Source: an uncultured Sulfuricurvum sp.
Lineage (GTDB): Bacteria > Campylobacterota > Campylobacteria > Campylobacterales > Sulfurimonadaceae
Direction: 5' to 3'
DNA: 64,000 bases
Assembly (NCBI GenBank): GCA_903844635.1
Contig: CAIMUF010000052.1
Span: forward strand, 840 to 64,839
A model generated the notes under the pieces. It was not told the DNA's origin, searched no databases, and worked only from the letters and a program-made list of their open reading frames with translations. Both the position numbers and the translations under genes were made by a program. This document shows positions 54,522-64,000 of this stretch, in pieces. Position 1 is the stretch's first letter. Every line of letters begins with the position of its first letter.

Positions 54522-55361
54522 TTATTCTAAATTTTCTAAATCAGTTTTATGCGTACTAATTCCATTTTCACATATAAACCGATTTTCTTCTTTATTTTTG
54601 ATCATCTTTTCCCAATAAAATGCACCAATATCTCTCTCATTGTACTTGTGCCATAAATGGAATTGATTCGCTACGTTTTTGCACGATTTGATTTCAAGCC
54701 CATATGCACGAAAACGCCAATCTAAATCCGTATCATCACTGAGTGATGTTTCACAGTATCCCTCATCAAATCCGTTGAGAGTAAGCATATCTTTTCGGAA
54801 ACACGAAAAATTACATCCCAAAATACTCGTGTTACGTTTGCGAAATTTTGACAACAATGAATAAAGCCATCCTGTCGGAGAGAGATAAACACCGTACTCG
54901 TATTTCGAATTTTTCTCAAATGCCAATCCAATATATTTATAAAGCCGTTTTTCGATATCCAGGATATCAAGTATTCCTGATTTTATCTTTTGAGTCAAAA
55001 ATTCTGACAAATTGACACGCCGACCAGAGAGAACCGTCCTGCTTTTAGCCAAAGCAACATGTGCTTCAACAAAAGTCGTATAAGGAACACAATCTCCATC
55101 GATAAAAATCAAATATTCCCCCGAACTGGCAACGATTCCGTTGTTTTGGGAACGGGCTTTTTGTACACCGATATCCTCTTGAGTCGTATGTTTAACATCC
55201 AAATCTTTAATATTCTCAATATACTCTTTCATTTGAGGATTTTCACCATCTTCGGCGATAATTACTTCAAAATTTTTATAGGTTTGACGTTTCAAAGCGG
55301 TAATAATTAATGAAAGCGATTGAATATCTTTATATACGGCAATGATGACACTAACTCTCAT
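54522..55361 (-). CDS. GT2 glycosyltransferase
   Basis: AEDGE, FIDGDC, NGFDE; paralog of 45627-46466. Confidence 0.87.
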   Translation of the reverse strand: MRVSVIIAVYKDIQSLSLIITALKRQTYKNFEVIIAEDGENPQMKEYIENIKDLDVKHTTQEDIGVQKARSQNNGIVASSGEYLIFIDGDCVPYTTFVEAHVALAKSRTVLSGRRVNLSEFLTQKIKSGILDILDIEKRLYKYIGLAFEKNSKYEYGVYLSPTGWLYSLLSKFRKRNTSILGCNFSCFRKDMLTLNGFDEGYCETSLSDDTDLDWRFRAYGLEIKSCKNVANQFHLWHKYNERDIGAFYWEKMIKNKEENRFICENGISTHKTDLENLE

Positions 55362-56440
55362 AGATTCTCCAAAACTTTTTGTAATTCTAAAAACTGCTTT
55401 TGACTTTCGAATTGCTTCAATGCTTTTGTCTTTCCAGCATTGGCAAATTTTTGTCTTGTATCGCTGTTTTGACACAGTAACCTCAATTTTTCTCTTAAAT
55501 CTGCCACATCAAAAGTTTTAAAAAGTAGCCCATTTTCATTATCATCAATGATGTCCAACGGCCCGCCACTGTCACTGGCAACAACACACACACCGCACAT
55601 CATCGCCTCGATCAGCACCAGTCCAAATGTCTCATTTTCAGTTGCCAAAACCATCACGTCACACAGCTGCATCAATGTTTGCACTTCACGGGTAAATCCG
55701 GTGAAAACTGCGATATCGACATAATCGTTTTGGAGCTTTAGAAGATATGCTTCATCCATAGCAGCTCCTATAACTAAAGCTTTTGCATCAATCCCATTAT
55801 TAACTAACTCTTTTACCGCTTGCAGTAGGATATGCTGCCCTTTTGGTTCTTCGATCCGCCCGACGATTCCGACCGTAAACGCCTTTGCGAGTCCCATCTG
55901 TTGACGACGTTCATTTCGCTCATCTGATGAGATTACCGCTGGTTGTTCCGCACCGATGTAGAGCACATCAGTTACTGGACGGATATCGTTAGGAATAAAT
56001 TTCTCAATTTGCAATTTTACCTGATGGGTGACGGCCAAGATCATGTCGAGATTTTTATACAAAAAGCGGTGGTAAAAATCATCTTTGAAACGGGTCATCG
56101 TCATGTGCCGTGATTGTACTACTCGAGGTTTACGTTTAGAAATTAGTTTAGCCATAATAGCCAAGGGAAGATCTTTTGTCCAATGCAGATGAAGGACATC
56201 AATTGCTTCATCATCGATAATTTTCGCAAGGTGGCGGGCACTCAACCATGACAAAAATACACTTCGACGTTTTAGTGTGAAATAAGTATAAGTATTATCT
56301 TCGTAATAACTTTTCAACTTTCCTTTTTCATTAATAACACTAATACACTGCTCACCCAAATAACGCGAAGCGCGCATCATATACAGCTCCAATCCGCCGA
56401 GATCAGGAGAAAGGCACAGTTCACAAATTTTATTTGTCAC
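55358..56440 (-). CDS. GT4 glycosyltransferase
   Basis: VGRIEEPKGQ, ETFGLVLIEAM. Confidence 0.88.
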   Translation of the reverse strand: MTNKICELCLSPDLGGLELYMMRASRYLGEQCISVINEKGKLKSYYEDNTYTYFTLKRRSVFLSWLSARHLAKIIDDEAIDVLHLHWTKDLPLAIMAKLISKRKPRVVQSRHMTMTRFKDDFYHRFLYKNLDMILAVTHQVKLQIEKFIPNDIRPVTDVLYIGAEQPAVISSDERNERRQQMGLAKAFTVGIVGRIEEPKGQHILLQAVKELVNNGIDAKALVIGAAMDEAYLLKLQNDYVDIAVFTGFTREVQTLMQLCDVMVLATENETFGLVLIEAMMCGVCVVASDSGGPLDIIDDNENGLLFKTFDVADLREKLRLLCQNSDTRQKFANAGKTKALKQFESQKQFLELQKVLENL

Positions 56441-57191
56441 GTTTGCTCTTTTGTTCGAGATTCAATTCATACAATTTGATGTATTTGTAAAAATTGGTCG
56501 CCATATGTGAAAAGGCGATAATGAGTCCTGCATACCCATCTAAAAATCCTCTTTTTAACACATAGGTTCGGAAAAACGAATACAAACCATTGAAAAATGC
56601 TTTGGCAGGCGAGGAAGATCTTTTACCGACATTGTCATTTGCAAAAAGAGTCGAGTAACGATCCAGTTTGATGATAAATTCAGAAATACTCGTGTAGCTG
56701 TAATGCTTCATATTTCCCTCTAACAATGCAATTTTCATCCCCTCATCCATAATACGTTCGTGCACATAGTTGTTATTAAAAGAAGTAATTCCTCTATGAT
56801 ACAGTCGACGAATTTTTTGATTATTCCAGCCACTGTGACGGATCGCTATCTCTTTGTAATACGCCAGAGAATTGATCATATAGACAGTATTCGAGTCAAA
56901 TGTATCATTTTTTAATATATTCAACAATCCTATATCAATCTCTTCATCACTGTCAATGCTCAATATCCAATCGTACTTTGCAAAACTTGCCGCACGGTTT
57001 TTAGTCGTGCCAAATCCATCAAAATTTCCTTCGATCAGATGAACATTTGGATATTCACGTGCTATGTCTAACGTTCCGTCGGTTGAACCGTTATCATGCA
57101 CGACCACATCCTCAAACTCTCGCAAACTTTCCAAGGTTATACGGATAGTACGTGCTCCGTTTTTAACAATCATTACAGCCGATACATTCAT
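56430..57191 (-). CDS. GT2 glycosyltransferase (LPS core, KdtX-like)
   Basis: DNGSTDGT, LSIDSDE, VHER, KRGFLDG. Confidence 0.87.
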   Translation of the reverse strand: MNVSAVMIVKNGARTIRITLESLREFEDVVVHDNGSTDGTLDIAREYPNVHLIEGNFDGFGTTKNRAASFAKYDWILSIDSDEEIDIGLLNILKNDTFDSNTVYMINSLAYYKEIAIRHSGWNNQKIRRLYHRGITSFNNNYVHERIMDEGMKIALLEGNMKHYSYTSISEFIIKLDRYSTLFANDNVGKRSSSPAKAFFNGLYSFFRTYVLKRGFLDGYAGLIIAFSHMATNFYKYIKLYELNLEQKSKRDK

Positions 57192-57192
57192 C

Positions 57193-57924
57193 TTAACTCT
57201 TTATCATTTTAAGTACAGTTTTAAACCAAAAACCCAACTGTTTTAGGGGTTTAAACAATTCATCAGGACTTTTAAGCGCATCCCCTTTTATACGATACAC
57301 TAATCCGCCGATTCCTTCCCATGAGGGATTGAGGGCATTACCAATTCGAAAGATATACTCATAATGTTCACGTGCCAGTGTAACAGCTGCATCATTGTAT
57401 TTTCCATAGGGCAATACGAACGATTCGACACGGTAGCCCAGTTTCTCTTCAAGGATAACTTTGGAGCCAAAAATCTCACGTTCCAAATCCACGCCCTCAT
57501 CACTGAGATTGATATGATTCATAGAGTGCGACGCAATAACCACGTGACCGCGTTGAACCATCTCTCGTAGCTCCACATATGTACAAAATGGAGCAAAAGT
57601 TTGATAATTTTCATAAATTTCATGATGCTTTAGTGAAAGACGTTTTTCCGGTGCAATATTGGTATCATCGAGGATATAGGCAGAGGGGACAGCAAGCAAA
57701 GCTTTTAAGTTATATTTCTTTAGCAAAGGAAATACATAGTGATAAAAATCATAATACGCATCATCAAATGTAAGACAAATCGAAGAGCTTTGAAACTCTT
57801 CCCCCGGAAAAACTGTAACATAGCGTTCGCTAATCAGACGTAGATGCGCATCCATCATCGAGTCTGAATTCGAAAGGGGTAAATCATCGCTATTAATATG
57901 GTGATACATTACTACTGGAATCAT
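57193..57924 (-). CDS. Polysaccharide deacetylase family protein
   Basis: MYHH, TFDDAY, SHSMNH, PYG. Confidence 0.85.
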   Translation of the reverse strand: MIPVVMYHHINSDDLPLSNSDSMMDAHLRLISERYVTVFPGEEFQSSSICLTFDDAYYDFYHYVFPLLKKYNLKALLAVPSAYILDDTNIAPEKRLSLKHHEIYENYQTFAPFCTYVELREMVQRGHVVIASHSMNHINLSDEGVDLEREIFGSKVILEEKLGYRVESFVLPYGKYNDAAVTLAREHYEYIFRIGNALNPSWEGIGGLVYRIKGDALKSPDELFKPLKQLGFWFKTVLKMIKS

Positions 57925-58025
57925 AATTCCCTTTCTAAAACCTTTAGTCTCATTATACAAAATTTACACTATTTTTGAAATTACAGCTATAATACATAAT
58001 AATATTTACATACAAAGGAATACAG

Positions 58026-58265
58026 ATGTCAGCTACATTACGTAAAAATTTCGTTTTTGATGCCATAGTTGTCTCTCATTTGGAAGAAATTGCTCGTGTT
58101 GAAGGACTTTCATTGACAAAAGCAATTAATAATATGATTGAGCAACGATACGAAGAGATAGCAAAGCAAAAGAGGCTTGAGGCTGCAATGAGTATCGTAG
58201 GTAGTGCTTCTGGAGTATTTGGGAATCTAACGATTCAAGAAATTAAAGCCCAAATGGATGTTTAA
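58026..58265 (+). CDS. Putative antitoxin (RHH-like)
   Basis: 79 aa, RKNFVFD beta-strand followed by helices; overlaps the PIN gene. Confidence 0.65.
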   Translation: MSATLRKNFVFDAIVVSHLEEIARVEGLSLTKAINNMIEQRYEEIAKQKRLEAAMSIVGSASGVFGNLTIQEIKAQMDV

Positions 58266-58686
58266 GCGACTATTTTTGGATGCCAACATTTTGGTGGACT
58301 TTGTAGACGATATGAGACCATCTCATATTCAGAGCAAAAAAATAATCATTGATGCAATACAGAAAGATGTCCACCTTTTTACTAGCTGTGATATTGTAAC
58401 AACGGTTTATTATCTTAGTGCTAAAATAGACAAAAAGCAGGCACTCAATGAAATTACAAAAATCAACCGTTTTTGTAAAATTATCGACTTTTCAAACACC
58501 GATGTAGAACAAACCTGCGATTTAATGGCTCAAAATAGTGATTTCAAAGATTTAGAAGATACCATCCAATATATCCTCGCTAAAAAAGCTTTATGCGATT
58601 GTATTATCTCCAATGATAAAAACTTTTTGAGTCCTGATATTCTTCTCCTTAACAGTGAACAATTTTGTGAAAGGTTGGGATTATGA
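58258..58686 (+). CDS. PIN domain toxin (VapC-like)
   Basis: FLDANILVD, DLEDTIQY, IISNDKNF. Confidence 0.87.
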   Translation: MFKRLFLDANILVDFVDDMRPSHIQSKKIIIDAIQKDVHLFTSCDIVTTVYYLSAKIDKKQALNEITKINRFCKIIDFSNTDVEQTCDLMAQNSDFKDLEDTIQYILAKKALCDCIISNDKNFLSPDILLLNSEQFCERLGL

Positions 58687-59450
58687 AAATTTCATTGACC
58701 ACTCCACTTCAATATACATATCTCGCCAGCTCCTTTGAATCGATTCAAAAAATCTTTGCCGACGATAATCGCTCTATCCACAAAGCACGCAATGAACTGA
58801 AAATTATTGAGATAGAGGGAATCAAAACGGTCGTCAAATCGTTCAAAGTACCTCATCTGCTTAACCGTATTGTGTATACTTTTTTTCGAAAAAGCAAAGC
58901 GTACAAATCGTACCATAATGCACTTCACTTACGGGAATTAAACATCTCTACCCCCGAACCCATTGCGTTGATCGAATTTTTCGAATCAAATCTTTTAGGG
59001 GAGAGTTATTTTATCTCAGAATTTTTCGACTACGATTTCACCATCCGTACCCCGCTTCTTGAACCCTTGGAAGATAGAGAAGCCATTTTTACCGCCTTCG
59101 CTGCTTATACCTACACCTTGCACCAAAAAGGAATATGGCATCTCGATTATTCGCCCGGTAATATTCTCATTAAACGAACAGAGAGTGGATATCAATTTAG
59201 TATTGTTGACATCAATCGAATGGAGTTTAGAGAAATTGGCCCGCTACAGGGTTGTGAAAACTTTAATAAACTCTGGGCGAGCGATGAAGAACTGGAAATT
59301 ATGGGGCGGGAATATGCAAGGTTGAGCAGTTTTAATGTGGCAGTCACCATCGCCGAAATGAAGCGTCATAATGATGCCAACAAGCGAGTTAAGAATTTCA
59401 AGAAAAAGCTTAAGAAAGTGCTAAAAGGCGATTTTTCAATTCTTTCTTAA
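58683..59450 (+). CDS. Lipopolysaccharide kinase (Kdo/WaaP family)
   Basis: VVKSFK, TPEP, HLDYSPGNIL, VDINRM. Confidence 0.82.
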   Translation: MKISLTTPLQYTYLASSFESIQKIFADDNRSIHKARNELKIIEIEGIKTVVKSFKVPHLLNRIVYTFFRKSKAYKSYHNALHLRELNISTPEPIALIEFFESNLLGESYFISEFFDYDFTIRTPLLEPLEDREAIFTAFAAYTYTLHQKGIWHLDYSPGNILIKRTESGYQFSIVDINRMEFREIGPLQGCENFNKLWASDEELEIMGREYARLSSFNVAVTIAEMKRHNDANKRVKNFKKKLKKVLKGDFSILS

Positions 59451-60381
59451 CGTTCTCAAACATCTCTGCGCGTCCCGCAGGATTTTGAGGAATCATAAAA
59501 TGGTGTTGTCTCTCTTCTTCTCCAATGCTTTTCCATCGTAACGCGGACGCAAACCGTGAATCTCCAAAAAAAGTAAATGTTTCACATCCTGCTGCACTTG
59601 CCAGATGATACGTCCCCGTTGAGGTGCTGACAAACAGTTTAAACCCACTGAGCAACGCTGCGAAATCAACCACACTTCCGCGAGAACGATAGAGGATAAC
59701 CCTGCTCTCACCCAGTAGCTCTTTGGCTTCTTCATAAAGTTTTTCTTCATCAGGACCAAACGTCATCACGACATCAATCTTTTCATCCTCTTGAGCAATC
59801 CATACCAACTCGATGTATTCACGAAGCGTCCAGTTGGCATCCGATGAGCCCCCGAAACCGGGATGGAACGCGATGACGGGTTTAGTAATAGTGTATTCTT
59901 CACAAAATGCATTGAAAATATCCTCGTCAAAATGCAGGAGCGGTTTGGGAAAATCAAGATTTATATCTCTAAAAAGAGCTTTTGTAAGTTCGAGGTTGTA
60001 TTCAAACTCCGCCATTTTTACTTCACTTCGACGTTGCGTGACACGGCGATTGTAAAAAATCTGAGCGATTTTGGTAGCGGGGGCGATTCGGATGGGGATG
60101 CGGGCAATTAATTGTGCCAGTCCCACACGGGTATTGGAAAAAAGGGTGATTGAAGCGTCGATACGGGCTTGTTTGATTTTAAATGCCAACGCTAGAATAT
60201 CCTCACCGCCATCCAGAATCACCTCATCGATAAAATCGCAGGATTCGGCGAGTTTGCGATTGAGCGGTGCGACAAGGACGATGATACGGTTAGAGGTATT
60301 ATGATGTTTGAGGACATACAGTGTTGGCAGTGCCGTGATAAAATCGCCCAGTTTGTCATTACGCACTACCAATATATTCAT
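59410..60381 (-). CDS. GT9 family heptosyltransferase-like protein
   Basis: RNDKLGD, FHPG, STSTGTYHLA. Confidence 0.85.
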   Translation of the reverse strand: MNILVVRNDKLGDFITALPTLYVLKHHNTSNRIIVLVAPLNRKLAESCDFIDEVILDGGEDILALAFKIKQARIDASITLFSNTRVGLAQLIARIPIRIAPATKIAQIFYNRRVTQRRSEVKMAEFEYNLELTKALFRDINLDFPKPLLHFDEDIFNAFCEEYTITKPVIAFHPGFGGSSDANWTLREYIELVWIAQEDEKIDVVMTFGPDEEKLYEEAKELLGESRVILYRSRGSVVDFAALLSGFKLFVSTSTGTYHLASAAGCETFTFFGDSRFASALRWKSIGEEERQHHFMIPQNPAGRAEMFENVKKELKNRLLALS

Positions 60382-60412
60382 TACTTGCCCTAATCATTTA
60401 TTATCGTTGTAT

Positions 60413-60485
60413 CGTCATTCACCCGAGGGCACTTCGCCCGCGAATGCGGGAATCCAGCTAGACTCCCGCATTCGCGGGAGTGACG
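60413..60485. repeat. Inverted REP pair; left REP interrupted by a 17-bp insert
   Basis: GTCATT[CACCCGAGGGCACTTCG]CCCGCGAATGCGGGAATCCAGC followed by inverted GTCACTCCCGCGAATGCGGGAGTC. Confidence 0.85.
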
Positions 60486-60552
60486 AATTTATACATGTCA
60501 AAGATTCGATATTCTACCCGATTAGCGGTAAAGAAAACGCTATAATACACAA

Positions 60553-61725
60553 ATGAAAGAACCGTTCGCGTGGGATTATTATTCCGATCAACCTGCCATC
60601 ATCAAAGATAAAACACTAAAACGTGCTATGCGTCGCAGTGCTCTCCCCTCACTTATCAAAACATTTTGCATTGCATTGCTTACGCTTCCTATCGCCTTAA
60701 TACTTATGCCGTTCATGCCACGACGTGCTATTTCCGGAGAGCATTTTTTCGGTATGGGAGTCAATCTGGATAAAGAGCCCAACACGACCCCCTATCTCAT
60801 CGATGAACTTGGGATTCAAAAACTCCTGATTCGTATTCCGCTGTGGGAGATGGATCGACTGGATGAATATGTTGCTTTTATCAAAACATTCAAAGATAAA
60901 CATATCACTGTCGCTTTATTGCAAGACCGTGAGCACATCATTTCCCCAACTTTGACAAAAGATCATTTCATCCAAATTTTTGAAGCATTCGAAGGCTTTT
61001 GTACCACATACGTCATAGGCTCCACAATCAACCGTGCCAAATGGGGATTTTTTAGTGTCAACGAATACCTGACATTTTATACTATCGCCTATAAACTCAA
61101 AAAAGAGCGATTTCCCCATCTAAAACTCATCGCCTCCAACGTCATCGATTTTGAGCTTCACTTCACTTCCCATACTCTTTTTAATTTTCAACCTGTTCAC
61201 TTCGATGCACTGGGAAGTCTCCTCTATGTTGACAGACGCGGTGCTCCTGAAAACACTCAAATGGGCTTTAATCTCTTAGGTAAAATCAATCTCATCTACT
61301 CTCTGCTGGCACTAAGTCCAAAAGCGCCCAATGAACTTATCATCACTGAGACCAATTGGCCGATCAAAAATACTGCCCCCTATGCACCTACCAGCGAGCA
61401 CGAGTGTATCAGCGAAGAGGATTATGCTGCGTTTATGGTGCGCTATTATCTCGAAGCCTTTGCCTCCCAAAAAGTAAGCTGCATCTATTGGCATCAGCTG
61501 ATCGCTCCCGGATATGGGCTCATCGATAACCGCGAAGGAATCCGTAAACGAAGTGCTTTTGATGCGTATAAAATCATGCTGTCTCACATGAGCGACGCAC
61601 ACTTTTTACAATACCACAAAAAAGCGGATGAGTATCTTCTCGTCTGTTCTACCCCCAGAGGCAATTTACATATTACATGGAATCTCAACTCATTTCCCAT
61701 TTATACCTATAAGGCTGTATCGTGA
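60553..61725 (+). CDS. Putative TIM-barrel glycoside-hydrolase-like protein
   Basis: FGMGVN, RIPLWE, ITETNWP, YWHQL pattern; coupled to waaF. Confidence 0.55.
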   Translation: MKEPFAWDYYSDQPAIIKDKTLKRAMRRSALPSLIKTFCIALLTLPIALILMPFMPRRAISGEHFFGMGVNLDKEPNTTPYLIDELGIQKLLIRIPLWEMDRLDEYVAFIKTFKDKHITVALLQDREHIISPTLTKDHFIQIFEAFEGFCTTYVIGSTINRAKWGFFSVNEYLTFYTIAYKLKKERFPHLKLIASNVIDFELHFTSHTLFNFQPVHFDALGSLLYVDRRGAPENTQMGFNLLGKINLIYSLLALSPKAPNELIITETNWPIKNTAPYAPTSEHECISEEDYAAFMVRYYLEAFASQKVSCIYWHQLIAPGYGLIDNREGIRKRSAFDAYKIMLSHMSDAHFLQYHKKADEYLLVCSTPRGNLHITWNLNSFPIYTYKAVS

Positions 61726-62699
61726 AAATTCTCATCATTCTCCCCAACTGGCTGGGTGATGCCATCATGGCAACCCCTGCTATTGAAGCTCTCTGCGTTA
61801 TATATCCCGATGCACAACTTACCTTGGTAGGCTCGTATGTAAGCATCGAAGCGCTTAAACATCATCCGCAATGTCTCCGTTCTTATGTCGATGAGACGAA
61901 AAAAGAGGGCAATCGCTTTCTCAATACCTACCGCTTTGCAAAAGAGCTTGGGGTTCATGATATGGCGATCACGTTTCGCAATCAGCTCCACTCCTCACTT
62001 TTGCTTTGCTGTAGCGGTACACCCATCACCGCAGGACGAGCAAGTTGGCATTCTCATCTTCTTTTAACGCATGCCATCAAACCTGCACATCCCAGCCATC
62101 TTGTAGAGCAATACCGTGACATTGCCCAAAGTCTAAGTGAAAAACCACTCGAAATCGGACATTTAAAACTTCATATCAAGCCTCACATCTTTGAGCGTCC
62201 AACATTGGGAATTAATCCGGGAGCAACATATGGAAGTGCCAAACGATGGTATCCTGAGAAATTTGCCGAAGTAGCCCGTGCCTTTAGTGATTCCTATGAG
62301 ATTGTTTTATTCGGAGGTCCTAATGAAGTGGAGATGGCAAATGATATTGAAGCACGTTTAGATGGAGTAAATGTTATGAATCTGGCAGGGAAGACATCGG
62401 TTCAAGAACTGTGTGCGAGGATTGGGGGACTTGATCTCTTTGTCACCAACGACAGCGGTCCGATGCACGCAGCGGCGGCTTATCAGGTTCCTACGGTTGC
62501 GATTTTCGGTCCGACGCGTTATTTGGAAACGTCTCAATGGATGAATGAAAAAAATGTGATTGTCCGACATGATATGGAGTGCGCACCGTGCATGAAGCGA
62601 GAATGTCCGCTGGGACATCATGAGTGCATGAAGAGTATCACTGCTCAAGAAGTTATTGAAGCAACTAAAAAAATCTGCCTTGAGCGAGGCAAGCTTTAA
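61722..62699 (+). CDS. waaF: Lipopolysaccharide heptosyltransferase II
   Basis: LPNWLGDAIM, NPGATYGSAKRW, TNDSGPMH. Confidence 0.92.
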   Translation: MKILIILPNWLGDAIMATPAIEALCVIYPDAQLTLVGSYVSIEALKHHPQCLRSYVDETKKEGNRFLNTYRFAKELGVHDMAITFRNQLHSSLLLCCSGTPITAGRASWHSHLLLTHAIKPAHPSHLVEQYRDIAQSLSEKPLEIGHLKLHIKPHIFERPTLGINPGATYGSAKRWYPEKFAEVARAFSDSYEIVLFGGPNEVEMANDIEARLDGVNVMNLAGKTSVQELCARIGGLDLFVTNDSGPMHAAAAYQVPTVAIFGPTRYLETSQWMNEKNVIVRHDMECAPCMKRECPLGHHECMKSITAQEVIEATKKICLERGKL

Positions 62700-62706
62700 T
62701 AGCCTA

Positions 62707-62748
62707 AGCGGCTAGCGTAGCCAAAGGAATATATCCCTTTGGCATTCA
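62707..62748. repeat. 42-bp double-hairpin REP-like repeat, copy 2
   Basis: 37/42 identical to 6850-6891. Confidence 0.8.
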
Positions 62749-62759
62749 CAATAAATAGT

Positions 62760-63344
62760 TTAAAAATCTAATCTAAATCCAAAATACCACGCATCATTAT
62801 ACGTGACATTAGCCGTTTTTAAGTCGGTGTCAATTTTCCGATACCCTACTTCGATTCGTCCATTATCAATAGGTTCTGCATCGACATGAATACGTGTTTC
62901 CGTATAACTGTCACCATCTTTAAACGTCAATGCCGAAGGGGCATAATACAAAGCTCCTCCAACGTAGAATGGAAACGGGGTATTGAGTGGTAGTCTCAAC
63001 TCTGCTTCTACACCCAATGGAATTGCAGCATACGTATTTCCATCTACTTTCGTGTATTCACCCTTAACACCTAGCCCAAATTTTAATCCTTGAGCTCCTC
63101 GAACATCTCTCATTACCATAAATGATACTTCCATAAGCGGATCTGGCTTGCTAATCGTTTGGCTGTTATTATTATCGCCATTCAAAAAACGAGCACCTAA
63201 ATAGGTATTTTCCATACTCCCCATTCGTCCCATATCCAAACGGATTTGTCCTTCTACCTCTTTATCGTTCACATTCACTTCAATTTGATGCGCGGCAAAT
63301 AAACTTGTCCCCATCAAAGTCGTTAAAATAATCTTTTTTAGCAT
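62760..63344 (-). CDS. YfaZ-like outer membrane beta-barrel protein
   Basis: Signal peptide, alternating beta-strands, YYAPSAL, C-terminal YFGFRLDF. Confidence 0.7.
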   Translation of the reverse strand: MLKKIILTTLMGTSLFAAHQIEVNVNDKEVEGQIRLDMGRMGSMENTYLGARFLNGDNNNSQTISKPDPLMEVSFMVMRDVRGAQGLKFGLGVKGEYTKVDGNTYAAIPLGVEAELRLPLNTPFPFYVGGALYYAPSALTFKDGDSYTETRIHVDAEPIDNGRIEVGYRKIDTDLKTANVTYNDAWYFGFRLDF

Positions 63345-64000
63345 GCTGATCCTTCATTTATTCGTGCAATGGTTGCTGTTGTGCTTTTCCCATCAACAAA
63401 CTGCACCAGTCTAAGCTCTCTAGCAAATTCCGCTCCAACCACCGATTTTCCCTCATAATCGCCACCTTTGACGAGAATGTCCGGAGCGATACTTTTAATC
63501 AATTCATACGGTGTATCATCGCTAAAGAGGACAACATAATCGACCGCTTCCAATGCACCCAAAATATACGCACGATCTTCTTCTGTGTTCACGGGACGCG
63601 TTGGTCCTTTTAGCACACGCACCGATGCATCTGTATTGAGTCCAACGATTAACACATCCCCATAACTTTTTGCCTCTTGGAGGTATTTGACATGCCCAAC
63701 GTGAAGAATATCAAAACATCCATTTGTAAAGACTATTCGTTTATTTTTAGCTTTAAGACGCTGCACAATCTCCACAATCTCATTTGCAGATTTCAAATGG
63801 GCACGCGAATCGCTTTGGTGAAGTGTTGCTTCGTATTCTTCGATCTCTTCGAGCGTTACGGTAGCCGAACCAATTTTACCTACGACCACAGCAGCGGCAC
63901 GATTGGAAAACTTCGCTGACTCATCGATACTCATCCCGCAACTCAGAGCAAAAGAAAGTGACGCGATAACCGTATCCCCAGCACCCGTCACATCAAAAAC
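63338..64000 (-). CDS. hldE: Bifunctional heptose-7-phosphate kinase/heptose-1-phosphate adenylyltransferase (partial, C-terminal part)
   Basis: DVTGAGDT, FTNGCFDILHVGH, KGGDY, STT. Confidence 0.93.
   Translation of the reverse strand, partial: VFDVTGAGDTVIASLSFALSCGMSIDESAKFSNRAAAVVVGKIGSATVTLEEIEEYEATLHQSDSRAHLKSANEIVEIVQRLKAKNKRIVFTNGCFDILHVGHVKYLQEAKSYGDVLIVGLNTDASVRVLKGPTRPVNTEEDRAYILGALEAVDYVVLFSDDTPYELIKSIAPDILVKGGDYEGKSVVGAEFARELRLVQFVDGKSTTATIARINEGSAC

Overview
Chromosomal window from a Campylobacterota (Sulfuricurvum/Sulfurimonas-like) genome; the taxon is inferred from the gyrA-flgP-flgQ-flgR-asd synteny and protein style. 1-16.7 kb is housekeeping: exbD/exbB, a two-component pair, pyrC, a phosphomannomutase, an amtB-PII-amt nitrogen cluster, gyrA, flgR, asd, hemE and tRNA-Asn. 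16.9-64 kb is one ~47 kb LPS superlocus: dTDP-Rha, GDP-6-deoxyhexose and CDP-3,6-dideoxy/branched-sugar pathways, Wzm/Wzt export with a methyltransferase and a multi-domain glycosyltransferase, a Gtr-like modification set, WaaL, and core heptose genes. The most unusual signals are small DNA elements. (1) A four-helix-bundle gene sits between ~30-bp heptamer-built inverted repeats exactly in the wzm/wzt overlap; its removal restores the native junction. (2) A related solo arm and REP palindromes are inserted in-frame inside O-antigen genes. (3) A TGCCCTNGGGT motif recurs inside these inserts. (4) A two-copy ~140-bp covarying structured element flanks the second amt gene and its ends pair better across copies than within. 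(5) A HEPN/MNT module is bracketed by 140-bp diverged rfbB repeats. All alignments and counts were done by eye; no database searches were run.
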